DNA from: a virus
Taxonomy: Duplodnaviria > Caudoviricetes
DNA: 38,331 nucleotides
IMG/VR virus record: IMGVR_UViG_3300031701_000004
Location: 1-38,331 of that record
Strand: one strand, 5' to 3'
Position numbers and translations under genes: made by a program. This document shows positions 14,859 through 23,693 of the stretch, in pieces. Position 1 is the first letter of the stretch. Each line of letters begins with the position of its first letter. A model generated the notes under the pieces. It was not told where the DNA came from. It did no database searches and was given only the letters and a program-made list of their open reading frames with translations.

Positions 14859-17087
14859 TTACGACAAGTCAATCAACAGATCAGGATTCACCAGCGCAAT
14901 CTCATCCCATGCTCGATTGCCAGTGGTGTCCCGACACTCCATCGACCACCCTTTGCGCTCGACCAGGGCAGTCCCGAGTTTGATCTTCCCCAGTGGCTTC
15001 AGTCCTCCATTTTCGCACCAGTGCGAGTACACCCGGTAAAGCGCATCCTTCGTGACGGTATGCCCTGGACACTCGACGATATTCTCGATGAGGAACTGCC
15101 CGAGCCAGTCCTCTCGGAGCCTGTATGATTTTGTAGCATCTTCGATACTCGAGGGAGTGGGCATCATCCCGTTGGTCAAGTAGTCCGATGCACCTTGCAC
15201 CAGCCAGCGGAGGATCCCCGGCCCTTCCTGCTCGGCCAGCCAGTCCCATACATTGTCCCTCTTCATCGACTCGGGGATCTGCTCGCCCCACTTGATGAAC
15301 CGCATCCGCCGCCAGATGCCATCGCTGGAGTCTCGGATGCCCGGTGCGGCATTCGTGCCGAAGAAGATCGACCCCTGTGGCTTCCAGGGCGAAGCGTCGA
15401 CATGAAGCCCTCGGTGGGTCATCTGCTCGCCGCCTGTCCACGCTTTGATCATCGACTCGTCGAGCAGTCCGCCCGTGGTCACCTCGCTCGAGGCGATCAT
15501 CCGCTGCGCTCGGAGCCTGACCAGTTCAGGCCGTGGCTTATCGCCCGAGCGATTCAGGCAAGCCATGAATGTCTCGATCTGTGCGTGGCTGCTGTACCCG
15601 CCAGGCGAGTCGCCGAGGACCGTGGCGATGGTGTTAATGAATGCCGACTTGCCATTCGACCCACTGCCGTGATTGCAGTAGACGGCTTGCTCCATCTTCC
15701 CGGTGGTGGCGACACCTGCGATGGCCTGGAGGTAGTCACGAATGATGAAGTCCGGTTGCCACACAGTCATCGCTTCAGTCCACAGCGGGCAATCGGCATC
15801 GGGATCCCAAGACACCGGACAGCGCAACATGAATCGATAATCTGGTGAGTGCGGCAATAGCTCCATCGTCCTGAGGTTCACGACTCCATTGATGACATTC
15901 AGGAGTTCGCAGTGAACATGGTCACCGAGATCCTCGAGCCGGACCCGCAGCCGAGACTGTGCCGCCTCCATTGCGCCGCTGATCGCCGCCTTGTTCTGAG
16001 CAGTTCGCAGGGCTGTCAATACCCATCGAGGTGCGCCAGCGAGTTCGCACGCCTCCCACCGCTCGACAAACAATCGCCCGACTCTGGCCCTGGCTTCGGC
16101 ATCGCCTCGGAGGAACACGCCGGATTCGTACACCGCCCACTTGTTCCTGCCGCCTTCGAGATCCTCGCAATAGATCAATTCGCCATCGAGATGCTCGACC
16201 AGATACCCGGCGAGTTCCTCGTGCGTTCCGCAGTTCCCCGGCCAGGTCATCACCTGGATCGGATCATCGATCGGGTTGCTTTCCACTGGCACAAGGTCAT
16301 CGAGCGATGCGCCGGAGTCGAGATGGTCAGATACATCAGCGCCATCCTGACCTGAGCCGACAGGCGACTCGAACACGGTGGCCCCGAGACCCTTCTCCTG
16401 TAGTTGTCGGCAGATTCGATTGGCGAACTTTCGGCCTGGCTCGTCCTTGTCCCGGATCACTCGCACCGCTTGCGGCTGGAGCGTCTGTACCTGTTCGATC
16501 TGCGCCTCGGTGAGTTTCCCGGATGACCCTCCCGAGATGCAGGTGGCGGCGTGTCCGCCCTCCCTGAGCCGCAGGGCATCCTTCTCACCCTCGACGAAGT
16601 ACAGCAACGGGATCGATTCCATCCCATGTAACTGCGGGAGATTGAACATCAGGCGAGTGACTCCAGCCACCGACCCGATCCATCGCTCCTGTGTGGAATC
16701 CCATCGCTGTTGGCGGAATGTCTTGTCTCGGCTCTTCCCTCCGCCTGGCTCGAGGTAGTGGCTGCGGCACACTCGATACTCGACGGTTCCATCGGGCCAT
16801 TCGTACAGGTAGATCGCTGATGGCTTCGACTCGAGTTTCCTCGGCGTGTGTGTGTCCACGCTCTGGCGAATGTCGCCGATGGCGGCTGCGATGTCCTCCG
16901 GCGAGCATTGCGCCTGACAGTGATAGCGGTAGCGGTCAGTTCCTGGCGTGTGGAAGATCGACAGGGATGGGTTCTGGTCGCCGTTCCCCTTCCCGTGTCC
17001 AGGGACAGGACAGCACGCACTCCAGACGGTATCACCATCGGGAGTGGTCCCCAGTTCCTTCAGTTGGTCGAACCTGTCTAGGATCAT
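14859..17087 (-). CDS. Primase-helicase (Zn finger, TOPRIM, D5/P4-like SF3 helicase)
   Basis: 742 aa from ATG 17087 (ATGA overlap). CPVPGH...HCQAQC; VEGEKDA and DKDEPG; GSGSNGKS Walker A; IKAWTGGE; TNAAP; GIWRR. Confidence 0.92.
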   Translation of the reverse strand: MILDRFDQLKELGTTPDGDTVWSACCPVPGHGKGNGDQNPSLSIFHTPGTDRYRYHCQAQCSPEDIAAAIGDIRQSVDTHTPRKLESKPSAIYLYEWPDGTVEYRVCRSHYLEPGGGKSRDKTFRQQRWDSTQERWIGSVAGVTRLMFNLPQLHGMESIPLLYFVEGEKDALRLREGGHAATCISGGSSGKLTEAQIEQVQTLQPQAVRVIRDKDEPGRKFANRICRQLQEKGLGATVFESPVGSGQDGADVSDHLDSGASLDDLVPVESNPIDDPIQVMTWPGNCGTHEELAGYLVEHLDGELIYCEDLEGGRNKWAVYESGVFLRGDAEARARVGRLFVERWEACELAGAPRWVLTALRTAQNKAAISGAMEAAQSRLRVRLEDLGDHVHCELLNVINGVVNLRTMELLPHSPDYRFMLRCPVSWDPDADCPLWTEAMTVWQPDFIIRDYLQAIAGVATTGKMEQAVYCNHGSGSNGKSAFINTIATVLGDSPGGYSSHAQIETFMACLNRSGDKPRPELVRLRAQRMIASSEVTTGGLLDESMIKAWTGGEQMTHRGLHVDASPWKPQGSIFFGTNAAPGIRDSSDGIWRRMRFIKWGEQIPESMKRDNVWDWLAEQEGPGILRWLVQGASDYLTNGMMPTPSSIEDATKSYRLREDWLGQFLIENIVECPGHTVTKDALYRVYSHWCENGGLKPLGKIKLGTALVERKGWSMECRDTTGNRAWDEIALVNPDLLIDLS

Positions 17088-17665
17088 TTCAACTCCTTGA
17101 TGACGATCTCGGTCGCCTCCCCTGTCGGTCCAGGCTCGACCGTTCCAGTGAATCCCACCTCTTCGAGTTCCTCGGCGCTGGGAAGATTGATGCCGCACGC
17201 CAGCCTGGTCGCACTGATGATGGCCCGATGCCCGAGCATCCTGCGTGGCATTTGCTTCCAGACAGGTCCGCCCCTGCGGCACTCGCTCAGGAACTCCGTC
17301 CGGCTGTACTCCTCGAGTCCTGCGGGAGTGTAGCGCCCGAGGGTGGCTGTACAGCACACCTCGCCATCTTCGAGATCCTCGTACTTCGTCGAGACCTTGC
17401 TGATGCCATCTCGCCGCTGGATCTTCGTGTATCCGGCGTAGGTGATCGCCGTGGTGACCGCTCCGCCCTTGCGGAGGAAGATGACCTCCTCGCTCAGTGG
17501 ATCTAAGTTAGTCCGGAAGATGTCCCCGACTGCCTTGGCTGCTTCCGCCTGGCTGAATCCAGACAGCACTGTGCCCTTTAACAGGTCGGCATACGCCTCC
17601 GGTGTCATTCCTCGAGCGGTCGCCACCTCGCCCAGTTGCCTGTCGACATCCACGAGTTCGCTCAT
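17084..17665 (-). CDS. bet: Single-strand annealing protein, Red-beta/Bet-like
   Basis: NLDPLSEEV and EFLSECRRGGPVWKQMPRRMLGHRAIISATRLACG resemble the lambda Bet core. Confidence 0.8.
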   Translation of the reverse strand: MSELVDVDRQLGEVATARGMTPEAYADLLKGTVLSGFSQAEAAKAVGDIFRTNLDPLSEEVIFLRKGGAVTTAITYAGYTKIQRRDGISKVSTKYEDLEDGEVCCTATLGRYTPAGLEEYSRTEFLSECRRGGPVWKQMPRRMLGHRAIISATRLACGINLPSAEELEEVGFTGTVEPGPTGEATEIVIKELK

Positions 17666-17904
17666 TTCGCCTCCTCAGGCATGAAGTTGCCGATCCATCG
17701 AAGGATGGCCCGCTTCGACCAATTCCAACTGCGCTGGCCCGGATGGATTTTCGTAGGCATCGCATAGTCCGGCACGATCCCCGCCGCTCGCCACTTGTGA
17801 ATGCACGCCTCCGACTTGTGCAGCATTCTCGCCACATCGCAGGTCAGCAGGATGTTGTTGTTTCCATCCTGGATCCGCTTGTCGCTTTCCTGTTCGGTCC
17901 CCAT
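17662..17904 (-). CDS. Small winged-HTH DNA-binding protein (AlpA/Xis-like)
   Basis: LLTCDVARMLHKSEACIHKWRAAG..P...WSKRAILRWI. Confidence 0.75.
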   Translation of the reverse strand: MGTEQESDKRIQDGNNNILLTCDVARMLHKSEACIHKWRAAGIVPDYAMPTKIHPGQRSWNWSKRAILRWIGNFMPEEAK

Positions 17905-17935
17905 CTCATTCCCCTTCCGAGGCGCTCGGCCTCAT

Positions 17936-18733
17936 TTAGTGTTCATCCGGTCTTCGATACGGGCAAGTCTTCCAGAAGTCGCAAGTGGGATTGCACATCC
18001 ATCCTGTTGGATTCGGGACAAACCCGCCGACCTCTGCCATGTGATCGACGGCGGCCACGATCTTCCCGAGGCGGAGATGATGATCTGCGCCCCTGGTCAT
18101 CTCTAGATGTTCGTGTTTCACCCCTGACTTCAGCACTCGCAAATGATCCACTCGCACGATGTCGGTGTCGTATCCATTCGACTGAGCCAGCAGAGTGTAC
18201 ATCGCCATCTGCATTCCGTTTTCGTATGTCCCCTTGCTGTAGGTCTTCCCGGTTTTCCAATCCCGTACCCGTAGCTCGCCGTCTTCGTTGACATCGATCA
18301 GGTCTGGATATCCTTCGAGTTCGTACTCCTTGCCATCGAGTTCGATGATTCCTGCGAGGTACGGCTCGACTAGTTCGATGTGTCCGATCGTCGGTGCGAC
18401 TTTCGTGTGCCAGCCCTCGACGAACTGATCGACCATCTTCGATGACTCTTCGAGGTTCGGATCGGTTGCCAGGTCGGCGACACCATCGTCGATGCTTTCT
18501 GTGAATGAAACCGCCGCCACCTGTTGCAACTCTTCGAGCGGTAGAACTTCCCCGGCTTGCTTTTGTTTGAGGTAGGTTTCCGCAGCGAAGTGCAGGGCGC
18601 TCCCTCGCTTCATCGCCAGGCTCGAACCCGTGCGAGGTTCCCGCTCGATGTATGTTCTTCGATACTTTTCCCCGCACGACATCGCCGCTGTCAGTTGCGT
18701 GTTGCTGTATCGTTTCTTCGGCTTCGGCTTCAA
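17936..18733 (-). CDS. PD-(D/E)XK exonuclease, RecB/Cas4-like
   Basis: SCG, GSALH, EGYPDLI, DWKTG, QMAMY and C-terminal C...C....C. TTG start with a G-rich SD. Confidence 0.88.
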   Translation of the reverse strand: MKPKPKKRYSNTQLTAAMSCGEKYRRTYIEREPRTGSSLAMKRGSALHFAAETYLKQKQAGEVLPLEELQQVAAVSFTESIDDGVADLATDPNLEESSKMVDQFVEGWHTKVAPTIGHIELVEPYLAGIIELDGKEYELEGYPDLIDVNEDGELRVRDWKTGKTYSKGTYENGMQMAMYTLLAQSNGYDTDIVRVDHLRVLKSGVKHEHLEMTRGADHHLRLGKIVAAVDHMAEVGGFVPNPTGWMCNPTCDFWKTCPYRRPDEH

Positions 18734-18840
18734 GATTCCCCAATCCCCTCGCTCGCTGTTCAGGAGACCAGAAGCGCATCAACTTTGCAACACCAGGGCC
18801 AAACCAGCAGGAAACAGCCGGAGATGGCTATCTTCACGCC

Positions 18841-18869
18841 TTGCGGAATAGGACGGAAACGGGTACATT
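18841..18869 (+). promoter_or_regulatory. Sigma70-type promoter of the rightward operon
   Basis: TTGCGG-N17-TACATT, followed by SD AGGAGG (18904-18909) and ATG 18916. Confidence 0.65.
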
Positions 18870-18915
18870 TACATTGTTCCTGGGCAATACCGCCCCACAC
18901 AGAAGGAGGAACAAA

Positions 18916-19431
18916 ATGACAGCGTACACTCCGAACGCAATCGCAGAGCAGTGTGGCAAGTTGATCAAATGGTCAATCGCAATCCTGCTGGGATTCGGCG
19001 CAGCCGATTTCTATTCCCCGACCCGCAAGACTGGCCGCAAGCATCGAGAAGAACTCGGTGCGGCGGTGTCCGCCCTGACGGATGCGCTGCTGTGCTGGCA
19101 GCGGTCGGAATCTCGCAGTTCCGTCTCGACTCATGACCTACTAACCGCCGCTCGCAAGTTGCACGCACTGAAGGATGCGGAGACTCTGCGGGAGAGGTTC
19201 ATCCTCGAGAAGGCGAAGTGGTTGGAAGCCACCGACAGCGGGATGCCCCGCAGTTTATGGAATGGCTCCAGAAGACTGTTGAAGTACAAAATGGATGAGT
19301 TTGAAGAGCAGCGCCACGGGTTCGCCTGGGATCGCTCCGAGTCTCTGTACGGGCCAGCCATGATTGCGGAACTCGAATCGCTCGCTTTTCGGGCCAGTGA
19401 ATTCAAAACAGAACTGCGAGGTAGATCATGA
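18916..19431 (+). CDS. Hypothetical (probably early) protein
   Basis: 171 aa with a strong SD. ATGA overlap with the next gene. Confidence 0.75.
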   Translation: MTAYTPNAIAEQCGKLIKWSIAILLGFGAADFYSPTRKTGRKHREELGAAVSALTDALLCWQRSESRSSVSTHDLLTAARKLHALKDAETLRERFILEKAKWLEATDSGMPRSLWNGSRRLLKYKMDEFEEQRHGFAWDRSESLYGPAMIAELESLAFRASEFKTELRGRS

Positions 19432-19946
19432 ACCACCCCACCCCAAACCAGATGGCCGCCCTGGTCGATGGAACACTCTGGGTAGCAGACGATGGATCCT
19501 GGCGCATCTACATGGACAGTCGAAGCGTCAATGGCACCTGCACCAAAGACACATCCGTTTACTTCAAGATGGATGACTTCAGCAATGCCGCCCTGGTCAT
19601 CTCGATCATTGAAGACGGGACCGCATCGGCGAACTGGTACGCCTCCCAGAAGAAGCGACTCGCAGACCACTACATGACCGCAGGGGTCGCCCTCGCCTTC
19701 GCTCACTCGAGTATGGAAGCCGCCGAAGCGATCATGCTCGAAGAGGTGCCAGAGATGACCGCCGAGGTGATCGACGAAGCGATGGGACACCTCGCCAATG
19801 GCCGCACCTCCGAAGCCCTGGCGGCGATCGGATATGGTGAGTTCTGGCCCCACACTGATGAGTGCAACGGTCAGAATGATTGTGCGTGCCCCGAGTGCCA
19901 GCGTGTTATGGACTGCGAAGCCCTCGACGAAGAAGGGCGGGGATGA
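19428..19946 (+). CDS. Hypothetical protein with Cys-rich C-terminus
   Basis: 172 aa, SD GAGG, ends HTDEC..DCACPEC..DC. Confidence 0.75.
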   Translation: MNHPTPNQMAALVDGTLWVADDGSWRIYMDSRSVNGTCTKDTSVYFKMDDFSNAALVISIIEDGTASANWYASQKKRLADHYMTAGVALAFAHSSMEAAEAIMLEEVPEMTAEVIDEAMGHLANGRTSEALAAIGYGEFWPHTDECNGQNDCACPECQRVMDCEALDEEGRG

Positions 19947-20350
19947 TGAACACTCCACACAGGATCACCGTTGGCACCTGCGGTGATACCGACCTCATCT
20001 ACTGTTTCGATTGCGATTCCCATTTCCACACAGATGCCACTGACGAATGCCACCATCGGGAATGTGAATGCCCGCCGGAAGTGGATCGGAAATTCCGGGT
20101 GACCTTCGGCGACCGCCCGAACCGCATTCTCGTGGTCACCCACGAATCGCTGGCCGCTCCCGACTGGTTCGACTGGGAATGCTGGATGGACCTGGATGGC
20201 GATCATCACGATGACGAAGTGAAGGCGATGCACCTCGCCATCGGCGAGTCCTTCGAGCCAGAGTATGGAGCGGTCTGCTCCCCCTGGCTGGTCGAACGGA
20301 TCGCCGACTCGACTCCGGTGACCTGGAAGGCGGGCGAATGGATCTCCTGA
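19943..20350 (+). CDS. Hypothetical acidic Cys/His-rich protein
   Basis: 135 aa from ATG 19943 (ATGA overlap). CFDCDSH...ECHH.ECEC. Confidence 0.7.
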   Translation: MMNTPHRITVGTCGDTDLIYCFDCDSHFHTDATDECHHRECECPPEVDRKFRVTFGDRPNRILVVTHESLAAPDWFDWECWMDLDGDHHDDEVKAMHLAIGESFEPEYGAVCSPWLVERIADSTPVTWKAGEWIS

Positions 20351-21024
20351 CCACTAACACAGGACTGCGGGCTGCGGCTCGTGTCATCGCTCAAAGGTTC
20401 CTCGACTCCGAAGGTGTGGCCCGGGCGGATGGGCTTCCCTCGAAGCCAGGGCCGACCTGGATGCAGATCCGGCACACCGTGGACCGGGCAAACTCGTACC
20501 AGAGTATGAAACAGCGAGCGGTAGACATCATCCTGCTCGACAACGGACCATCCCACGAAGTCGGGATGACGATTCGCTGGTCTGCACGGGCGACCTTCGC
20601 CCGGTTCGGAGTGTACTACCCGAATGGAAACAAGAAGCACACCGGGCCACTGATTGAGGTGTCGGCAATGCTGAAGGCTCAGGGCTGCCACAGCGAGGCG
20701 CTGACGACCCTGGCCCACGAGGTCGCCCACTGGATCGCAGACGGCGCTGGGACGGCTGGGCGAGGCCACACGCCGCTCTGGCGGGTCGTGGCTGAGGCGT
20801 GCGGTGGCCCTGCCGCTGCGGAGCGAACAGGCCGGAACATCAGCCCGGCAGTGGCGGCGGAGATCGCCCGGCTGCGAGGGCCAGGAGTCCCCTACTCCTG
20901 CACGGAATGCGGCCATCGGGAATCGTTCTCGATGAAGCGGCATCGCACAACGGCGCAAGCCGCCATATATCGCCACACGAATTGCGGCGGCCTGTTCATT
21001 CAGGTGGAAGGAGTAGCAGAATGA
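20338..21024 (+). CDS. SprT-like zinc metalloprotease
   Basis: TLAHEVAH...GHTPLWR zincin motif, followed by a YSCTECG...H..CGG zinc ribbon. Confidence 0.85.
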   Translation: MDLLTTNTGLRAAARVIAQRFLDSEGVARADGLPSKPGPTWMQIRHTVDRANSYQSMKQRAVDIILLDNGPSHEVGMTIRWSARATFARFGVYYPNGNKKHTGPLIEVSAMLKAQGCHSEALTTLAHEVAHWIADGAGTAGRGHTPLWRVVAEACGGPAAAERTGRNISPAVAAEIARLRGPGVPYSCTECGHRESFSMKRHRTTAQAAIYRHTNCGGLFIQVEGVAE

Positions 21025-21776
21025 TGCACACGGATTTATTCACCCGGGTACCCGATTGGGATTTGCGGGACTCTGACACCCGGCAGGTGTCGCAGCCCGA
21101 GATCAAGATCGAGATTTCCGAATTCGGAAAGATGCTCCGCACCCCCTCGATCATCAATGTATCAGCGCCGGAACCGTTCGGCGAGTTTGACCGGGAACTC
21201 GGAGATTCAGCCCGGTTCATCAAGCGGTACATTCTCCCGCTCGTGTATCCGCTGATCGGAGTGGATACATCAACTCAGGAGGTCTCCAGGAGATCACCCC
21301 GCCGACAGGTAGACTGGGATGGACACTGGGTGATCGAGGGAGATTGGGAAAGACGGATCTCGGTGGAGTATTCATTCGCAGATCACCATCGCCACTCGGA
21401 AGCCAACCGAGGAGCGTACCGAGACCACGAGCGGGAGGTTCGCAGGAATGTGGCATGGGCCGACCTGATCGAGGAACTCGGCGAGGAGTCGCTCGAGCGG
21501 TGGCAACTGACCAGCGATTACGCCAGGCTCGACGGTTGCCCGCCCTGGTACATTCGCCGCTGCGGTGGTCGCCCTGACACTTCGCCCTCTTGCTGGTCTG
21601 AAGCCGCACCACTCGGCTGGACCTCGATCGATCAAGCGACCGCCTACACCGCCCAGCAGCGTGATGAACTCCCAGAGATGCCGCTCGGCGGCGAGTGGAT
21701 CGAAGTCGTCGATGGCGAGCCAGTGGATGGAGTCATCAATCCGACACCGCAAATGGTCAGCGAGGAAGACGAATGA
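21021..21776 (+). CDS. Hypothetical protein
   Basis: 251 aa from ATG 21021 with SD AAGGAG. ATGA overlaps at both ends. Confidence 0.75.
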   Translation: MMHTDLFTRVPDWDLRDSDTRQVSQPEIKIEISEFGKMLRTPSIINVSAPEPFGEFDRELGDSARFIKRYILPLVYPLIGVDTSTQEVSRRSPRRQVDWDGHWVIEGDWERRISVEYSFADHHRHSEANRGAYRDHEREVRRNVAWADLIEELGEESLERWQLTSDYARLDGCPPWYIRRCGGRPDTSPSCWSEAAPLGWTSIDQATAYTAQQRDELPEMPLGGEWIEVVDGEPVDGVINPTPQMVSEEDE

Positions 21777-22153
21777 TCCGCTCCCTGCGCCTGGACCAGC
21801 AGCGGCTGCTGGCGACCTGTCTGGTGCGCCGATACCTCGACGGCTGCGAAGTTGCGGAGGCCGTGATCGGCAGCGCCCGCCTCGGGGTTCTCGAGACCTT
21901 CGCAGATGATGAGCGGCTCGCTGATCTCGAGCGCCTATTTTGTGGCACCCCGCCGCCTCGAGCGCCATGGGTTGCGGAGGTAGAATCGGCCCTGTGCCTG
22001 ATCGAATCCCTGGCGATCGACTTCCTGGTGGAATGCCTGATCGTCACCCTACACGCTGAGGTTCTGCGTGGTGGCTGGAAGAATGAAATGGCGAGGGCGC
22101 TCGTTGGCCTCGTGCAAACAATCATGGAGCGAGTGGAGGATGAAAATGAGTAG
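21773..22153 (+). CDS. Hypothetical helical protein
   Basis: 126 aa from ATG 21773, coupled to the previous stop. Confidence 0.7.
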   Translation: MIRSLRLDQQRLLATCLVRRYLDGCEVAEAVIGSARLGVLETFADDERLADLERLFCGTPPPRAPWVAEVESALCLIESLAIDFLVECLIVTLHAEVLRGGWKNEMARALVGLVQTIMERVEDENE

Positions 22154-22400
22154 GTCCGACTGGTCAAAGGCAAAGAAACGCAAGAAGAAAGGGAGGAAGG
22201 ATATGGGGAGTTCAAATCTTAGGCAGGTACTAATTCTGAATGGGACCAAAGAAGCACCCACCACAATTGAGGTCTGGTGCCCCCACTGTGGGTCTGACTT
22301 CAATCTCCGTGGGGTCTTCCTCGCTGATGACCTGACCGACTTGGCACACAACCGACAAGGACTGTGTGGGTGCGGCCCACTGAAGGAAAGGGAGGCATAG
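22146..22400 (+). CDS. Small basic zinc-ribbon protein
   Basis: SD GGAGG. KAKKRKKKGRK, CPHCG...CGC. Confidence 0.7.
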   Translation: MSRSDWSKAKKRKKKGRKDMGSSNLRQVLILNGTKEAPTTIEVWCPHCGSDFNLRGVFLADDLTDLAHNRQGLCGCGPLKEREA

Positions 22401-22402
22401 CC

Positions 22403-22498
22403 ATGGCAACCAATCGCCCCACTGTCCAGGAGATCGCCCTCGCTGGCGTGCTAGCCGTCTGGTTCACCGTATGGCTGGCCGTCTGGTTTCTATCTTAG
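22403..22498 (+). CDS. 31-aa membrane peptide
   Basis: SD GGAGG. MATNRPTVQEIALAGVLAVWFTVWLAVWFLS. Last ORF before the terminator. Confidence 0.6.
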   Translation: MATNRPTVQEIALAGVLAVWFTVWLAVWFLS

Positions 22499-22510
22499 CC
22501 TTTTGTGTCG

Positions 22511-22552
22511 GCCTGGAGGGATCCACATCGGTGGGCCTCCGGGCTATTTTTT
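22511..22552 (+). terminator. Rho-independent terminator at the convergence of the two arms
   Basis: GCCTGGAGG-gat-CCAC-atcg-GTGG-g-CCTCCGGGC followed by TATTTTTT. Confidence 0.75.
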
Positions 22553-22570
22553 CGCTCGCCTGTTCTGCTA

Positions 22571-22759
22571 TTATCCGGAGATTTTCGCAAGTCCATTATC
22601 ATGGATCGCTCGTCCCAGGATGTAAGCCATGATGCCGTTGGCACTCAGATCGACTTGGCCTGAAGTCAGGCCGACCGATTCACCGAACAATACGATTCCT
22701 ACGAGTAGCAACAATGCTTGCGCTTTCCTCGACACCAGGAAATCCTTTAGAAACTGCAT
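22571..22759 (-). CDS. Putative holin-like membrane protein
   Basis: 62 aa, SRK plus a hydrophobic helix and a second weaker helix (IMAYILG). Last gene of the late arm. Confidence 0.55.
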   Translation of the reverse strand: MQFLKDFLVSRKAQALLLLVGIVLFGESVGLTSGQVDLSANGIMAYILGRAIHDNGLAKISG

Positions 22760-23002
22760 TTAGCGCACCTTTCTCTTCTTCGCACTTGCCACCCATCCGG
22801 TGATCCCTGCGAGACATCCGACAATGATTTCCCGCCACGGTGACGGGAGTAGTGGAACCGAATCTCGAACTACTGCACCAGTATATTCGCCAGCGGCTTC
22901 CAGGTTCGCATCATCGGAGATTGCACGGGTGAAGCCATCCCAGAAGGCGCAGCCGGAGACCGCAGCGAGCAGCACAACGATCAAAATCAATCCACGCATC
23001 AC
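22760..23002 (-). CDS. Lipoprotein with C-terminal hydrophobic helix (spanin-like candidate)
   Basis: MMRGLILIVVLLAAVSG/C lipobox; C-terminus IIVGCLAGITGWVASAKKRKVR. Confidence 0.6.
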   Translation of the reverse strand: MMRGLILIVVLLAAVSGCAFWDGFTRAISDDANLEAAGEYTGAVVRDSVPLLPSPWREIIVGCLAGITGWVASAKKRKVR

Positions 23003-23295
23003 AGCCTACCTTTCAATTCTTCGATGTCCTTGCGGCACTCCTTCACCTCGGCCCTGGTCGCCTTGACCTCGTGCGTCAGGTTGCCCAGTACCTGGGATAG
23101 GTTGTTGATCGAATGATTCAACTTCCGCATCTCATTTTCCAACTGCGTGATGGCCTTCGTTGACTCGATCAGCCAGGCCGCCTTGCTTCCGTTTTCTTTC
23201 AACTTCATCCCTCCGAGAAATGCGAACACCTCACGCACCAGCAGGAGGGCGAACACGCCAACGATCCCGATCGATGCCCAGGGTGGATCCTCCAT
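22999..23295 (-). CDS. Membrane-anchored coiled-coil protein (lysis-cassette type)
   Basis: 98 aa from ATG 23295: WASIGIVGVFALLLV helix then a long heptad coiled coil. Confidence 0.7.
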   Translation of the reverse strand: MEDPPWASIGIVGVFALLLVREVFAFLGGMKLKENGSKAAWLIESTKAITQLENEMRKLNHSINNLSQVLGNLTHEVKATRAEVKECRKDIEELKGRL

Positions 23296-23297
23296 CA

Positions 23298-23693
23298 CTA
23301 CGGGCCAGTTGCCGAGAAGGTCACAGTGCCCGCTGAATCCACCAGCAGATATCGAGTGCCGCTGCCTGGGAGTTCGGTGGAGTTCGGCAGCGTCAATGTG
23401 TACGAAGCGGTCAGGCTCGCCGGGCCGATGATCTTCACCGTGTTGGTTCCATCGCTGGCAACCGGGCCGCTCTGACCCTCGAGCCAGTGCATCGGGATCC
23501 ATCCACTGTTCGCAGCGTTCCGGATTTTCAATGTGCTGGCGCTGGTCGTGGTGTCGAGCCAGGGCTGCCACGGTTCCGGCGCAGTCGGCGCAGTCGCTGC
23601 GTGTGACATCCCGAGGAGTAGATCGAATGCGGTGTTCAACTTCGCCACGGAATCTGCGAGCGTGTCACTGCTGATGACGGGTGAATAAGCCAT
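23298..23693 (-). CDS. Short tail-fibre anchor-like protein
   Basis: 131 aa. APTAPEPWQPWLDT..LKIRNAANSGW and GPASLTASYTLTLP are motifs common in fibre N-termini. Follows the tail tip gene. Confidence 0.65.
   Translation of the reverse strand: MAYSPVISSDTLADSVAKLNTAFDLLLGMSHAATAPTAPEPWQPWLDTTTSASTLKIRNAANSGWIPMHWLEGQSGPVASDGTNTVKIIGPASLTASYTLTLPNSTELPGSGTRYLLVDSAGTVTFSATGP

Noticed and set aside
17088-17357. 90-aa N-terminal extension of the primase in the ORF track
   Set aside because: It overlaps bet. ATG 17087 has an SD (AAGGAG) and an ATGA overlap.
17662-17904. Excisionase implying an integrated prophage
   Set aside because: No integrase, att repeat or host gene is visible, so only a generic HTH call is supported.
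17936-18733. Cas4 as evidence of a CRISPR-Cas system
   Set aside because: No other cas genes or array. Its position next to bet indicates an Exo/Bet-type recombination pair.
23296-23571. N-terminal extension of the 190-aa ORF (and similar extensions of ssb, gpW and several plus-strand genes)
   Set aside because: These overlap neighbouring real genes. Internal starts coupled to upstream stops or SD sequences fit better.
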